In this document: piece by piece, positions 56,221 through 64,000 of the stretch
Layout of the letters: the number at the start of each line of letters is the position of its first letter
Position numbering within the stretch: the stretch's first letter is position 1
Source of the DNA: Lactobacillales bacterium
GTDB lineage: Bacteria > Bacillota_I > Bacilli_A > RF39 > UBA660
Assembly: GCA_015059545.1 (NCBI GenBank)
Contig: SVAG01000001.1
Location: 64,970 to 128,969, forward strand
DNA length: 64,000 nt
Direction of reading: 5' to 3'
Notes under the pieces: generated by a model
What the model was told of the DNA's origin: nothing
Databases searched by the model: none
The model's input: only the letters and a program-made list of their open reading frames with translations
Made by a program: the position numbers and the translations under genes

Positions 56221-57549
56221 GTGAAAATAAAAGATATTTTAAAAATATGTGATGGAACTCTTATATGTGGTGATGAAGATGCAATAATCAATGACTTTTC
56301 AAAAGATACAAGAACTATAAAAGAAGGAGATTTATATGTAGGTATTAAAGGAGAAAACTATGATGGAAATATATTTTATTTAGAAGCACTAAATAAAGGA
56401 GCAACTGCTTGTATACTAGATAATGAAAGTGTTATAACAACAAAAGATAAAAATATAATTTTAGTTAAAGACTCTGTAGAAGCACTTCACAAATTAGCAG
56501 AATATAAAAGAGAACAACACAATGTAAAAGTAATAGCTGTAACAGGAAGTGTAGGAAAAACAACTACTAAAGAATTAATTTATAATATGTTAAAAGATAA
56601 TTACAAAGTACTTAAAACAGATAAAAATTATAATGGACAAATAGGACTTCCACTTACAGTTTTAAAACTTAATGATGAAGAAATACTATTAGTAGAAATG
56701 GGTATGAATGAAAAAGGTGGAATAGATAAATTATCAAAAATAGTAAAACCAGATATAGCTGTCATTACAAATATAGGAACATCTCATATAGGTAATTTAG
56801 GATCAAGAGAAGAAATAATGAATGCTAAATTAGAAATAATAAATCATATGCATAAAGATGGTATTTTAATAATTAATAACGATAATGATTTATTAAATAA
56901 AAAGAAAAATAGCTTAAATCATAAAATAATTACATATGGTATAAATAATAAAAGTGATTATAATGCATATGATATAAAATTAGAAGAAAATAAAACAACT
57001 TATAAATTAAATGACGAATATTATGAAATAAATATATCAGGACTTTCTACTGTATATAATAGTTTAGTATCCATAATTATAGGAGATTTATTTGATATAA
57101 AAGATAAAAAAGAAAAAATAAAAAATATAGAAATAGAAAACAATAGATTAGAAATAAAAAATATAAATAATATCAAAATAATAGATGATACTTATAATGC
57201 AAGTTATGAATCTATAGTTAATGCTATAGATATGTTAAAAATAATAGGTAAAAAAAGAAAAATTATAGTACTAGGTGATGTATTGGAATTAGGAACATAT
57301 AGTAAACAAATACATGAAGAAATAGGATTATACTTAAGAGATATTGATATATTAATAACAATAGGAAAAGAATCAATTTATATAAATAATAAAGCAAATA
57401 CAAAAGAAAAATATCATTTTTATAATTTAGAAGATGCATATAACAAATTAAAAGAAATAATAAAAGAAGAAGATACCATTCTATTTAAGGCATCACATTC
57501 TATGAATTTTAAAGAATTAGTGAGTAAATTAGAAAACTCTATAAATTAG
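56221..57549 (+). CDS. murF: UDP-N-acetylmuramoyl-tripeptide--D-alanyl-D-alanine ligase
   Basis: 442 aa. GTG start after SD GGTGATAAA. Mur ligase P-loop [13 protein letters not shown]-terminal domain pattern ([22 protein letters not shown]) matches MurF. Confidence 0.8.
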   Translation: MKIKDILKICDGTLICGDEDAIINDFSKDTRTIKEGDLYVGIKGENYDGNIFYLEALNKGATACILDNESVITTKDKNIILVKDSVEALHKLAEYKREQHNVKVIAVTGSVGKTTTKELIYNMLKDNYKVLKTDKNYNGQIGLPLTVLKLNDEEILLVEMGMNEKGGIDKLSKIVKPDIAVITNIGTSHIGNLGSREEIMNAKLEIINHMHKDGILIINNDNDLLNKKKNSLNHKIITYGINNKSDYNAYDIKLEENKTTYKLNDEYYEINISGLSTVYNSLVSIIIGDLFDIKDKKEKIKNIEIENNRLEIKNINNIKIIDDTYNASYESIVNAIDMLKIIGKKRKIIVLGDVLELGTYSKQIHEEIGLYLRDIDILITIGKESIYINNKANTKEKYHFYNLEDAYNKLKEIIKEEDTILFKASHSMNFKELVSKLENSIN

Positions 57550-57557
57550 AGTTTTTT
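57533..57557 (+). terminator. Rho-independent terminator
   Basis: aaaactcta / tagagtttt stem with loop taaat, then T-run. Overlaps the murF stop. Confidence 0.6.
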
Positions 57558-57622
57558 ATAATGATTTAATTGAAAATAAAAAATATTTATTATATAATAA
57601 TTCTATAATAAGGAGGGGTATT

Positions 57623-59962
57623 ATGAATGAAGAAATCAAAAAATTAGATGAGTATTTTAGAGCATCAAACTACTTATCAGCATGTCAACTATATTTACTT
57701 GACAACCCACTATTAAAAAGAAAATTAGAAATGAGTGATGTTAAGAAAAAAATAGTTGGACACTGGGGAACTGTACCAGGACAAAACTTTATCTATACTC
57801 ATTTAAATAGAGTTATTAAAAAAGATAAATTAAATATGATATATATATCAGGACCAGGACATGGTGGAAATGCAATGGTATCACATGTATATATGGAAGG
57901 AACATATAGTGAAGTATATCCAGAAATAACAGAAGATGAAGAAGGATTAAAAAAATTATTTAAACAATTCTCATTCCCAGGTGGAGTATCTAGCCATGTT
58001 GCACCAGAAACACCAGGATCAATAAATGAAGGCGGAGAATTAGGATATTCACTTTCTCATGCTTTTGGAGCAGTATTAGATAATAAAGAATTAATAGCTG
58101 CTTGTGTAGTAGGAGATGGAGAAGCAGAAACAGGACCACTTGCTACAAGTTGGCATATAAATAAATTTATTAATCCAAAAACAGATGGAGCAGTACTTCC
58201 TATATTACATTTAAATGGATATAAAATCGCAAACCCTACTGTATTATCGCGTATTTCTAAAAAAGAATTAGATTCTTTCTTAAGAGGATGTGGATGGAAT
58301 CCATACTATGTAGAAGGAAATGATCCTATGCTAATGCATAGAAAAATGATAGAAGTAATGGATAAAGTAATTGCAGAAATTAAACATATTCAAAAAGATG
58401 CAAGAATAAATGGAAATGAACAAAGAAGATTCTGGCCAATGATAGTACTTAGAACTCCAAAAGGATGGACTGGTCCAAAATATGTAGATAACTTAATGAT
58501 AGAAAATAGTTATAGAGCTCATCAAGTTCCAATAACATTAGAAACAGAAGAAAAACTAGAATTATTAGAAAAATGGCTTAGAAGTTATAAACCAGAAGAA
58601 TTATTTGATGAAAATGGAAGACTTAGAAAAGACTTAAGAGATATGGCTCCAAAAGGAAGAAGTAGAATGGGAGCTAATCCACATGCTAATGGTGGATTAT
58701 TATTAGAAGAATTAAGAACACCAGATTTTAGAAAATACGGTGTAAAATTAGAATCTCCAGGTAGTGTAGAAGCAGAAGATATGAGAATGCTTGGAGAATA
58801 TGTAAGAGACTTATTAGTATTAAATAAAAAGAATAAAAACTTTAGACTGTTTGGACCAGATGAAACAGCTTCAAATAGATTAAATTATGTGTTCGATGTA
58901 ACAAATAGAAAATGGAATGATAAAGTAATAGTTGGAGATGATTATTTATCAAATGATGGTAGAGTAGTAGATTCATATCTTTCAGAACACTTCTGTGAAG
59001 GAGCATTAGAAGGATACCTACTTACTGGAAGACATGGATTTTTCCATTCTTATGAAGCATTCATGAGAATAGTTGATTCAATGGTAAGTCAACATGCTAA
59101 ATGGTTAAAAGTAACAAAAGAATTACCATGGAGAGAACCAATATCATCATTAAACTTAATATTATCATCACATTGTTGGCAACAAGATCATAATGGATAT
59201 ACACATCAAGATCCAGGATTCTTAAACCATATTGTTACTAAAAAAGCAGATACAGTAAGAATATACTTACCACCAGATGCAAACTGCTTAATTTCATGTT
59301 TTGATCATTGTGTTAAAACTAAAAACTATATAAATGCTATAGTAGCGTCTAAACATCCACGCCCTCAATGGTTAACAATGGATGAAGCATTTAGACATTG
59401 TTATGAAGGTGTAGGAATTTGGAAATTCGCAAGTAATGATCAAAATGATGAACCAGATATCGTAATGGCTTGTGCAGGAGATACTCCAACACTTGAAACA
59501 CTTGCAGCTACTAAAATATTAAGAGAAAACTTCCCTGATTTAAAGATTAGAGTTGTAAATGTAATAGATTTAATGAGATTAGAATCTAATCTAAAACATC
59601 CACATGGATTAACAGATGAAGATTATAATATGTTATTTACTAAAGATAAACCGATTATATTCGCATTCCATGGATACCCATCTTTAATTCATCAATTAAC
59701 ATATAATAGAGAAAACAAAGATTTACATGTACATGGATATAAAGAAGAAGGTACAATAACAACACCATTTGATATGAGAGTACAAAATGAAATTGATAGA
59801 TATCATTTAGTAATAGATGCAATTAAATATTTACCATCACTTGGTAATAGAGGAGCATCATTAGTAGAATGGTGTAAAACTAAATTAGTAGAACATAAAG
59901 AATACATAAAAGAATATGGAATCGATATGGAAGAAATAAGAAATTGGAAATGGGAGAATTAA
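57623..59962 (+). CDS. xfp: Xylulose-5-phosphate/fructose-6-phosphate phosphoketolase
   Basis: 779 aa. Signature [11 protein letters not shown], the [12 protein letters not shown] ThDP region, typical XFP length. Confidence 0.93.
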   Translation: MNEEIKKLDEYFRASNYLSACQLYLLDNPLLKRKLEMSDVKKKIVGHWGTVPGQNFIYTHLNRVIKKDKLNMIYISGPGHGGNAMVSHVYMEGTYSEVYPEITEDEEGLKKLFKQFSFPGGVSSHVAPETPGSINEGGELGYSLSHAFGAVLDNKELIAACVVGDGEAETGPLATSWHINKFINPKTDGAVLPILHLNGYKIANPTVLSRISKKELDSFLRGCGWNPYYVEGNDPMLMHRKMIEVMDKVIAEIKHIQKDARINGNEQRRFWPMIVLRTPKGWTGPKYVDNLMIENSYRAHQVPITLETEEKLELLEKWLRSYKPEELFDENGRLRKDLRDMAPKGRSRMGANPHANGGLLLEELRTPDFRKYGVKLESPGSVEAEDMRMLGEYVRDLLVLNKKNKNFRLFGPDETASNRLNYVFDVTNRKWNDKVIVGDDYLSNDGRVVDSYLSEHFCEGALEGYLLTGRHGFFHSYEAFMRIVDSMVSQHAKWLKVTKELPWREPISSLNLILSSHCWQQDHNGYTHQDPGFLNHIVTKKADTVRIYLPPDANCLISCFDHCVKTKNYINAIVASKHPRPQWLTMDEAFRHCYEGVGIWKFASNDQNDEPDIVMACAGDTPTLETLAATKILRENFPDLKIRVVNVIDLMRLESNLKHPHGLTDEDYNMLFTKDKPIIFAFHGYPSLIHQLTYNRENKDLHVHGYKEEGTITTPFDMRVQNEIDRYHLVIDAIKYLPSLGNRGASLVEWCKTKLVEHKEYIKEYGIDMEEIRNWKWEN

Positions 59963-59993
59963 TTCTCCTTTTTTTATTTTATAAAAAAAAGAA

Positions 59994-60623
59994 TTAAAAA
60001 TTCTTTTTACTATATAATAAGGTTTTAAATTTATGATCTATATCATCTTGATTAAATTCTCCATCTTTAGTTACTATTTCATGTGGAAATTTATTTCTAA
60101 CTTCAACCCTTTTTTCTAAATCTGCATCATAAATGATATCTATAGCTTTATCAGTAAATTCAATGCCATCTAAATGATCTATTTCATGACACATAACAAT
60201 AGCTTCAAAACCTTCAACTTTTTTGTATATATAATTACCATCTATATCTTGAGCTTCTATTTCAATAGAATATGGTCTAGCAACTTTACCAATAACATCT
60301 CCTACACTCATACAAGCTTCATAAAAATATTGTTTTCCTTCCATTGAAATAATTTTTGGATTAAAATAAGGAGTTATTGAATAGTTAATATCTAATTCAT
60401 CCAATTCTTCTGCTTTATTAACTTTCATTTCTTCTGCAGTGATCATCAAGATAAATCTTTTCATTATACCAAATTGTGGAGCTGCACATGCATATGCATA
60501 TTGATTTAAACATTCATCTTTCATTTCTTCAATAATATTTAAATAATAATCTTTATTATCAAAATCTTCAACTTCAGTACAAACTTCTTTTAATCTTTTA
60601 TCTATTGAATCAATCAATTTCAT
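59994..60623 (-). CDS. def: Peptide deformylase-like protein (atypical, 209 aa)
   Basis: PDF motifs present but divergent: CAAPQFG (GxGLAAxQ), EACMSVG (EGCLS), HEIDHLDG (HExxH). Longer than canonical Def. Confidence 0.6.
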   Translation of the reverse strand: MKLIDSIDKRLKEVCTEVEDFDNKDYYLNIIEEMKDECLNQYAYACAAPQFGIMKRFILMITAEEMKVNKAEELDELDINYSITPYFNPKIISMEGKQYFYEACMSVGDVIGKVARPYSIEIEAQDIDGNYIYKKVEGFEAIVMCHEIDHLDGIEFTDKAIDIIYDADLEKRVEVRNKFPHEIVTKDGEFNQDDIDHKFKTLLYSKKNF

Positions 60624-60772
60624 AAAACCATCCCTTCACTAAATATATTATAACATACCTAATTATATAAAATAAAGAAAACATAGGTATAAAGTTAATC
60701 TGAAAAAGGGCTATATAAAGTATAGATAATTCACTCTTTTTTATAAAAAATTAAAAAATTTTAAAAAAAGTG

Positions 60773-60801
60773 TTGACAAATTAAAATGTTTTTAATAAAA
60801 T
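60773..60801 (+). promoter_or_regulatory. Sigma-A-type promoter of the pncA-pncB-nudix-nadE operon (TTGACA-17-TAAAAT)
   Basis: Exact hexamers and spacing read in sequence. Confidence 0.55.
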
Positions 60802-60908
60802 GTTAATAACAAGTGAAAAAACTTGTTAAAAAATAAATAATGTTTTTAACAAAAAGATAATAACTATTCTTTTAAAGAATATATTATTACAGAAATTGTT
60901 ATTAACAA
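60801..60908 (+). promoter_or_regulatory. Cluster of TTGTTAA/TTAACAA-type inverted repeats in the pncA leader (candidate operator array)
   Basis: 12-mer tgttaataacaa at 60801-60812 and its reverse complement at 60896-60908. Hairpin aacaagtg…cttgtt at 60808-60827. 10-bp IR ttgttaaaaa / tttttaacaa at 60823-60852. Confidence 0.4.
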
Positions 60909-60936
60909 AATATTAAAAAGAAAGAAGGAATGGGAA

Positions 60937-61527
60937 ATGAAAAAGTTAAAATGTTATGAAGGAATGCTTATTGTAGTAGATATGATTAATGGATTTGTTA
61001 AAGAAGGAGCACTACATGATAAAAAGATAGGAGATGTAGTACCTAGACAAATTGAATTAATAAAAGAAGCAAAAGAAAATAATGATTTAGTAGTATTTAT
61101 TAGAGATGTTCATACAGAAGAATCAGTAGAACATAGAAGATTTGGTGGAGCACTTCATTGTATTAAAGGAAGTGGAGAAGAAGAATTAATAGATGAATTA
61201 AAACCTTATGAAGAAGATGCGATTACATTTGAAAAAAATTCAACATCATTTATGTTTGCAAAAGGATTTATTCCAATGTTAGAAGAAATGGAAAACTTAA
61301 AAAGAATAGATGTTGTTGGATGTTGTACAGATATTTGTGTAGTAAATGGAGTTATTCCAATGATAAACTACTTTGATGAAAATAATAGAAATATTGAAGT
61401 TACTGTTCATGAAGATGCTGTTGAAACATATGATGCACCAATTCATGATAGAAAAGAATATACTGATGCAGCAATCTTATTAATGGCTCAACAAGGAGCA
61501 AAAATCAAAAGAAAAACATTAAGATAG
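60937..61527 (+). CDS. pncA: Isochorismatase-family cysteine hydrolase, probable nicotinamidase
   Basis: 196 aa. The catalytic D-K-C triad context (VVDMINGF … GCCTDICV). Genomic context with pncB, nudix and nadE. Confidence 0.65.
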   Translation: MKKLKCYEGMLIVVDMINGFVKEGALHDKKIGDVVPRQIELIKEAKENNDLVVFIRDVHTEESVEHRRFGGALHCIKGSGEEELIDELKPYEEDAITFEKNSTSFMFAKGFIPMLEEMENLKRIDVVGCCTDICVVNGVIPMINYFDENNRNIEVTVHEDAVETYDAPIHDRKEYTDAAILLMAQQGAKIKRKTLR

Positions 61528-61537
61528 GAGAGATAAT

Positions 61538-63007
61538 ATGAAAATATATAATGGATATAAAAGACTAGCACGTAATTATACATTAGTTGCTGACGAATAT
61601 GAATTCTCAATGGCAAACGGATATTTAATGAATAATAAAAAGGATAATGAAGCAGTATTTGATGTATTCTTTAGAAAAGTACCAAATGGTGGAGGATACG
61701 CTATTATGGCAGGTCTTGATAAAGTAATCGAATATATAGAAGAATTAAAATTTGAAGAAAAAGATTTAGATTATTTTAGAAGAAAAGGTTATCCTGAAGA
61801 ATTTATAGAATATTTAAGAAACTTTAAATTCACAGGAGATATTTATGCTATACCAGATGGAACACCAGTATTTCCAAATGAACCACTTATAACAGTAAAA
61901 GCACCTCTTATAGAAGCTCAAATAGTAGAAACAGCAATACTTGCAATGGTAAATGGAGCAATGGAACATGCTACAGGAGCAAGACGTATCGTAGAAGTAA
62001 CACCTGAAAATATTGGAGTTATGGAATTTGGAGCAAGAAGAGCAGATGGTACAGAAGCTGCAATCGATGCATCTATATATGGAATTATGGCAGGATGTAT
62101 TGGAACAAGTAATGTAATGGCAGCTGATATGTTAAATATAAAAGCAATGGGGACACAAGCACATAGTTGGATAGAATCTTATCCTACAGAATATGATGCG
62201 TTCTTAAGTTATGCTAAAGTTTATCCAAATAATTGTATTTTACTTGTTGATACTATCGACACATTAAAAAGTGGAATCCCAAATGCTATAAAAGTATTTA
62301 ATTATATGAAAGAAAATAATATGAATACTAATAATATAGGAATTCGTATAGATTCAGGAGACTTAGCTTATCTTTCTAAAGAAGCTAGAAGAATGCTAGA
62401 TGAAGCAGGATTTCCACAAGCTAAAATATGTTTAAGTAATGGATTAACAGCAGAAACAATTGAATCATTAATAAGTCAAGGAGCTAAATTCGATATCTTA
62501 GGAGTAGGAGATAACATTTCAAAACCAGAAGGAAGAATGGGATGTGTTTATAAAGAAGTAGCTTTAAAAGAAACAGATGAATGGGTTCCAAAAATCAAAT
62601 TAAGTAATGACACAATTAAAATTGTAAATCCTGACTATAAAAAATTATATAGAGCTTACGATAAAGAAACAGGATATGCAATCGCTGATATCATGACAAG
62701 AAGAGATGAAAAAATAAATAAAGAAGACTTAATAATTGTTAGTCCAACTGATTATTTAAAAAGAACTACAATTAATAATTTTGAATTAGTAGAATTACAA
62801 AAACCAATATTTAAAAATGGAGTATTAGTTTATGAAGATCCAGAAATAATGGAAAAACAAAAATATTGTAAAGAACAAATGGAAACAATTTATCCAGAAG
62901 TTAGAAGAACTAAAATGCCACATGAATATTATGTTGATGGAACTGAAAATTATGTTAATTTCAAAAATAACATGATTATAAAAGCAAAACAAATGGTAAA
63001 AAAATAA
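61538..63007 (+). CDS. pncB: Nicotinate phosphoribosyltransferase
   Basis: 489 aa. NAPRTase family (GARRADGTEAA; GTSN motif region). Confidence 0.88.
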   Translation: MKIYNGYKRLARNYTLVADEYEFSMANGYLMNNKKDNEAVFDVFFRKVPNGGGYAIMAGLDKVIEYIEELKFEEKDLDYFRRKGYPEEFIEYLRNFKFTGDIYAIPDGTPVFPNEPLITVKAPLIEAQIVETAILAMVNGAMEHATGARRIVEVTPENIGVMEFGARRADGTEAAIDASIYGIMAGCIGTSNVMAADMLNIKAMGTQAHSWIESYPTEYDAFLSYAKVYPNNCILLVDTIDTLKSGIPNAIKVFNYMKENNMNTNNIGIRIDSGDLAYLSKEARRMLDEAGFPQAKICLSNGLTAETIESLISQGAKFDILGVGDNISKPEGRMGCVYKEVALKETDEWVPKIKLSNDTIKIVNPDYKKLYRAYDKETGYAIADIMTRRDEKINKEDLIIVSPTDYLKRTTINNFELVELQKPIFKNGVLVYEDPEIMEKQKYCKEQMETIYPEVRRTKMPHEYYVDGTENYVNFKNNMIIKAKQMVKK

Positions 63008-63594
63008 TGGATAAAATAAAACAAATAGAAAAATATTATGAAGAATTAAAAACCATCAATATGGAAAAAACTTCATCAACAGAAAATGGTTTTCTATCAA
63101 TAGAAAATTATAATTGTACACTAAATAATGGTCATACTATAAAAAGAGAAAAATTAATTAAAAATAAAAAAAATGGTAGTGCAGCAATTATTCTACCAGT
63201 AACAGAAGATAATAAAATAATACTTGCTATAGAACCTAGAGTATTTACAAAAGAAACAGTAGATATAGGACTTCCAGCAGGATATATAGAAGAAAATGAA
63301 TTACCAGTTATATCAGCTATAAGAGAATTAGAAGAAGAAACAGGTTATACATCAAATGACTTAGAACTTTTAGGAGCATACTATCAAGATCAAGGTTGTT
63401 CAGAAGCATTCAATTTCTATTATATAGCTCGTAACTGTAAAAAGATAAAACAACAAAACTTAGATGAAGGTGAATTTATAAAATATATATTAGTAACATT
63501 TGAAGAATTAGAAGAATTAATGAAAAAAGGTTATATAAAAGGATTAAATTCAGCTTATGCTATTGAAAAAGGAAAAAATTATATAAAGAAATAA
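63007..63594 (+). CDS. NUDIX hydrolase (probable ADP-ribose pyrophosphatase)
   Basis: 195 aa. Nudix box GLPAGYIEENELPVISAIRELEEETGY. Start overlaps the pncB stop (TAATG). Confidence 0.8.
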   Translation: MDKIKQIEKYYEELKTINMEKTSSTENGFLSIENYNCTLNNGHTIKREKLIKNKKNGSAAIILPVTEDNKIILAIEPRVFTKETVDIGLPAGYIEENELPVISAIRELEEETGYTSNDLELLGAYYQDQGCSEAFNFYYIARNCKKIKQQNLDEGEFIKYILVTFEELEELMKKGYIKGLNSAYAIEKGKNYIKK

Positions 63595-63604
63595 GGTGAT
63601 TAAT

Positions 63605-64000
63605 ATGTTTGATGCAAATAAAACATCTGAAGAAATAATAGAATTTATAAGAAAATATTATAGAGAAAATAATTTAAAAGGAGCAGTAATAGGTATAAGT
63701 GGAGGAAAAGACTCAGCAGTTGTAGCTGGACTTTTCGTAAAAGCACTTGGAAAAGAAAATGTTGTAGGAATATGGCTTCCATGTCATTCTAAAGAAGAAG
63801 ATAAAATGAATGCTAAAGAATTAGCGCACCACTTCGGTTTTGAATTAAAAGAATTTGATTTAACAAATATATTTGATGGATATGAAGAACAATTTAAAAA
63901 TATAAATAATCCACTTGATATAGAATTAATAGATGCAAATATAAATATAAAACCAAGACTTAGAATGACAACTTTATATTATTATGCAGCTTATTTAAGT
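63605..64000 (+). CDS. nadE: NH3-dependent NAD+ synthetase (partial, 5' part; continues beyond window)
   Basis: N-terminal PP-loop GISGGKDSAVVAGL. No stop within the window. Confidence 0.85.
   Translation, partial: MFDANKTSEEIIEFIRKYYRENNLKGAVIGISGGKDSAVVAGLFVKALGKENVVGIWLPCHSKEEDKMNAKELAHHFGFELKEFDLTNIFDGYEEQFKNINNPLDIELIDANINIKPRLRMTTLYYYAAYLS

Noticed and set aside
1-64000. CRISPR arrays, IS elements, integrases, prophage structural genes
   Set aside because: I looked for short direct repeats with unique spacers and for transposase or integrase-like ORFs. All regular repeats found are in-frame coding repeats (noc linker, surface protein, pilin Ig domains). No such ORFs exist.

Overview
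This 64 kb window is from a very AT-rich, low-GC Firmicute that forms endospores and looks Clostridia-like. Spore-former status rests on spoIIR, spoIID, a spoIIQ-like M23 protein, spoIIID, cotJB/cotJC and whiA. Nearly every gene is on the + strand, and the gene content (mnmG-rsmG-noc-like, rplI-dnaB-walJ-rlmH) places the window next to the replication origin on a leading-strand arm. Most of the content is core housekeeping: uvrB, lgt, trxB, yvcK, whiA, fba, murA, murF, mreB, typA, glmS, addAB, relQ, xfp, and pncA-pncB-nudix-nadE. I found no transposase, integrase, CRISPR array, Cas gene, reverse transcriptase or recognisable defence gene pair, so I do not think a mobile defence island is here.

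Non-coding calls: a tRNA-His(GUG) carrying the diagnostic G-1; a glmS ribozyme on the minus strand upstream of glmS, high confidence from its conserved cores; and about sixteen predicted Rho-independent terminators.

Observations that are not routine:
- A 1127-aa protein has a canonical type IV prepilin (class III) signal peptide fused to tandem Ig/FN3-like domains and a Cys-rich tail. No pilus machinery lies nearby.
- The ParB/Noc-like gene after rsmG carries about 7.7 tandem 72-nt repeats in its linker. A 13/14 match to the Bacillus Noc-binding palindrome sits 60 bp upstream. There is no soj-spo0J pair.
- An ankyrin-repeat membrane protein with an extracytoplasmic Cys-rich module lies directly downstream of tRNA-His.
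- The pncA leader is packed with TTGTTAA/TTAACAA inverted repeats.
- A near-perfect 18-bp palindrome precedes a DinD/Bro-N-like gene.
- A secreted Big_2 + SGNH-like repeat protein, a solitary 507-aa UvrD-like helicase, and a divergent pair of XRE regulators next to cotJ.

All calls come from reading the sequence and the supplied ORF translations. No database search was run.
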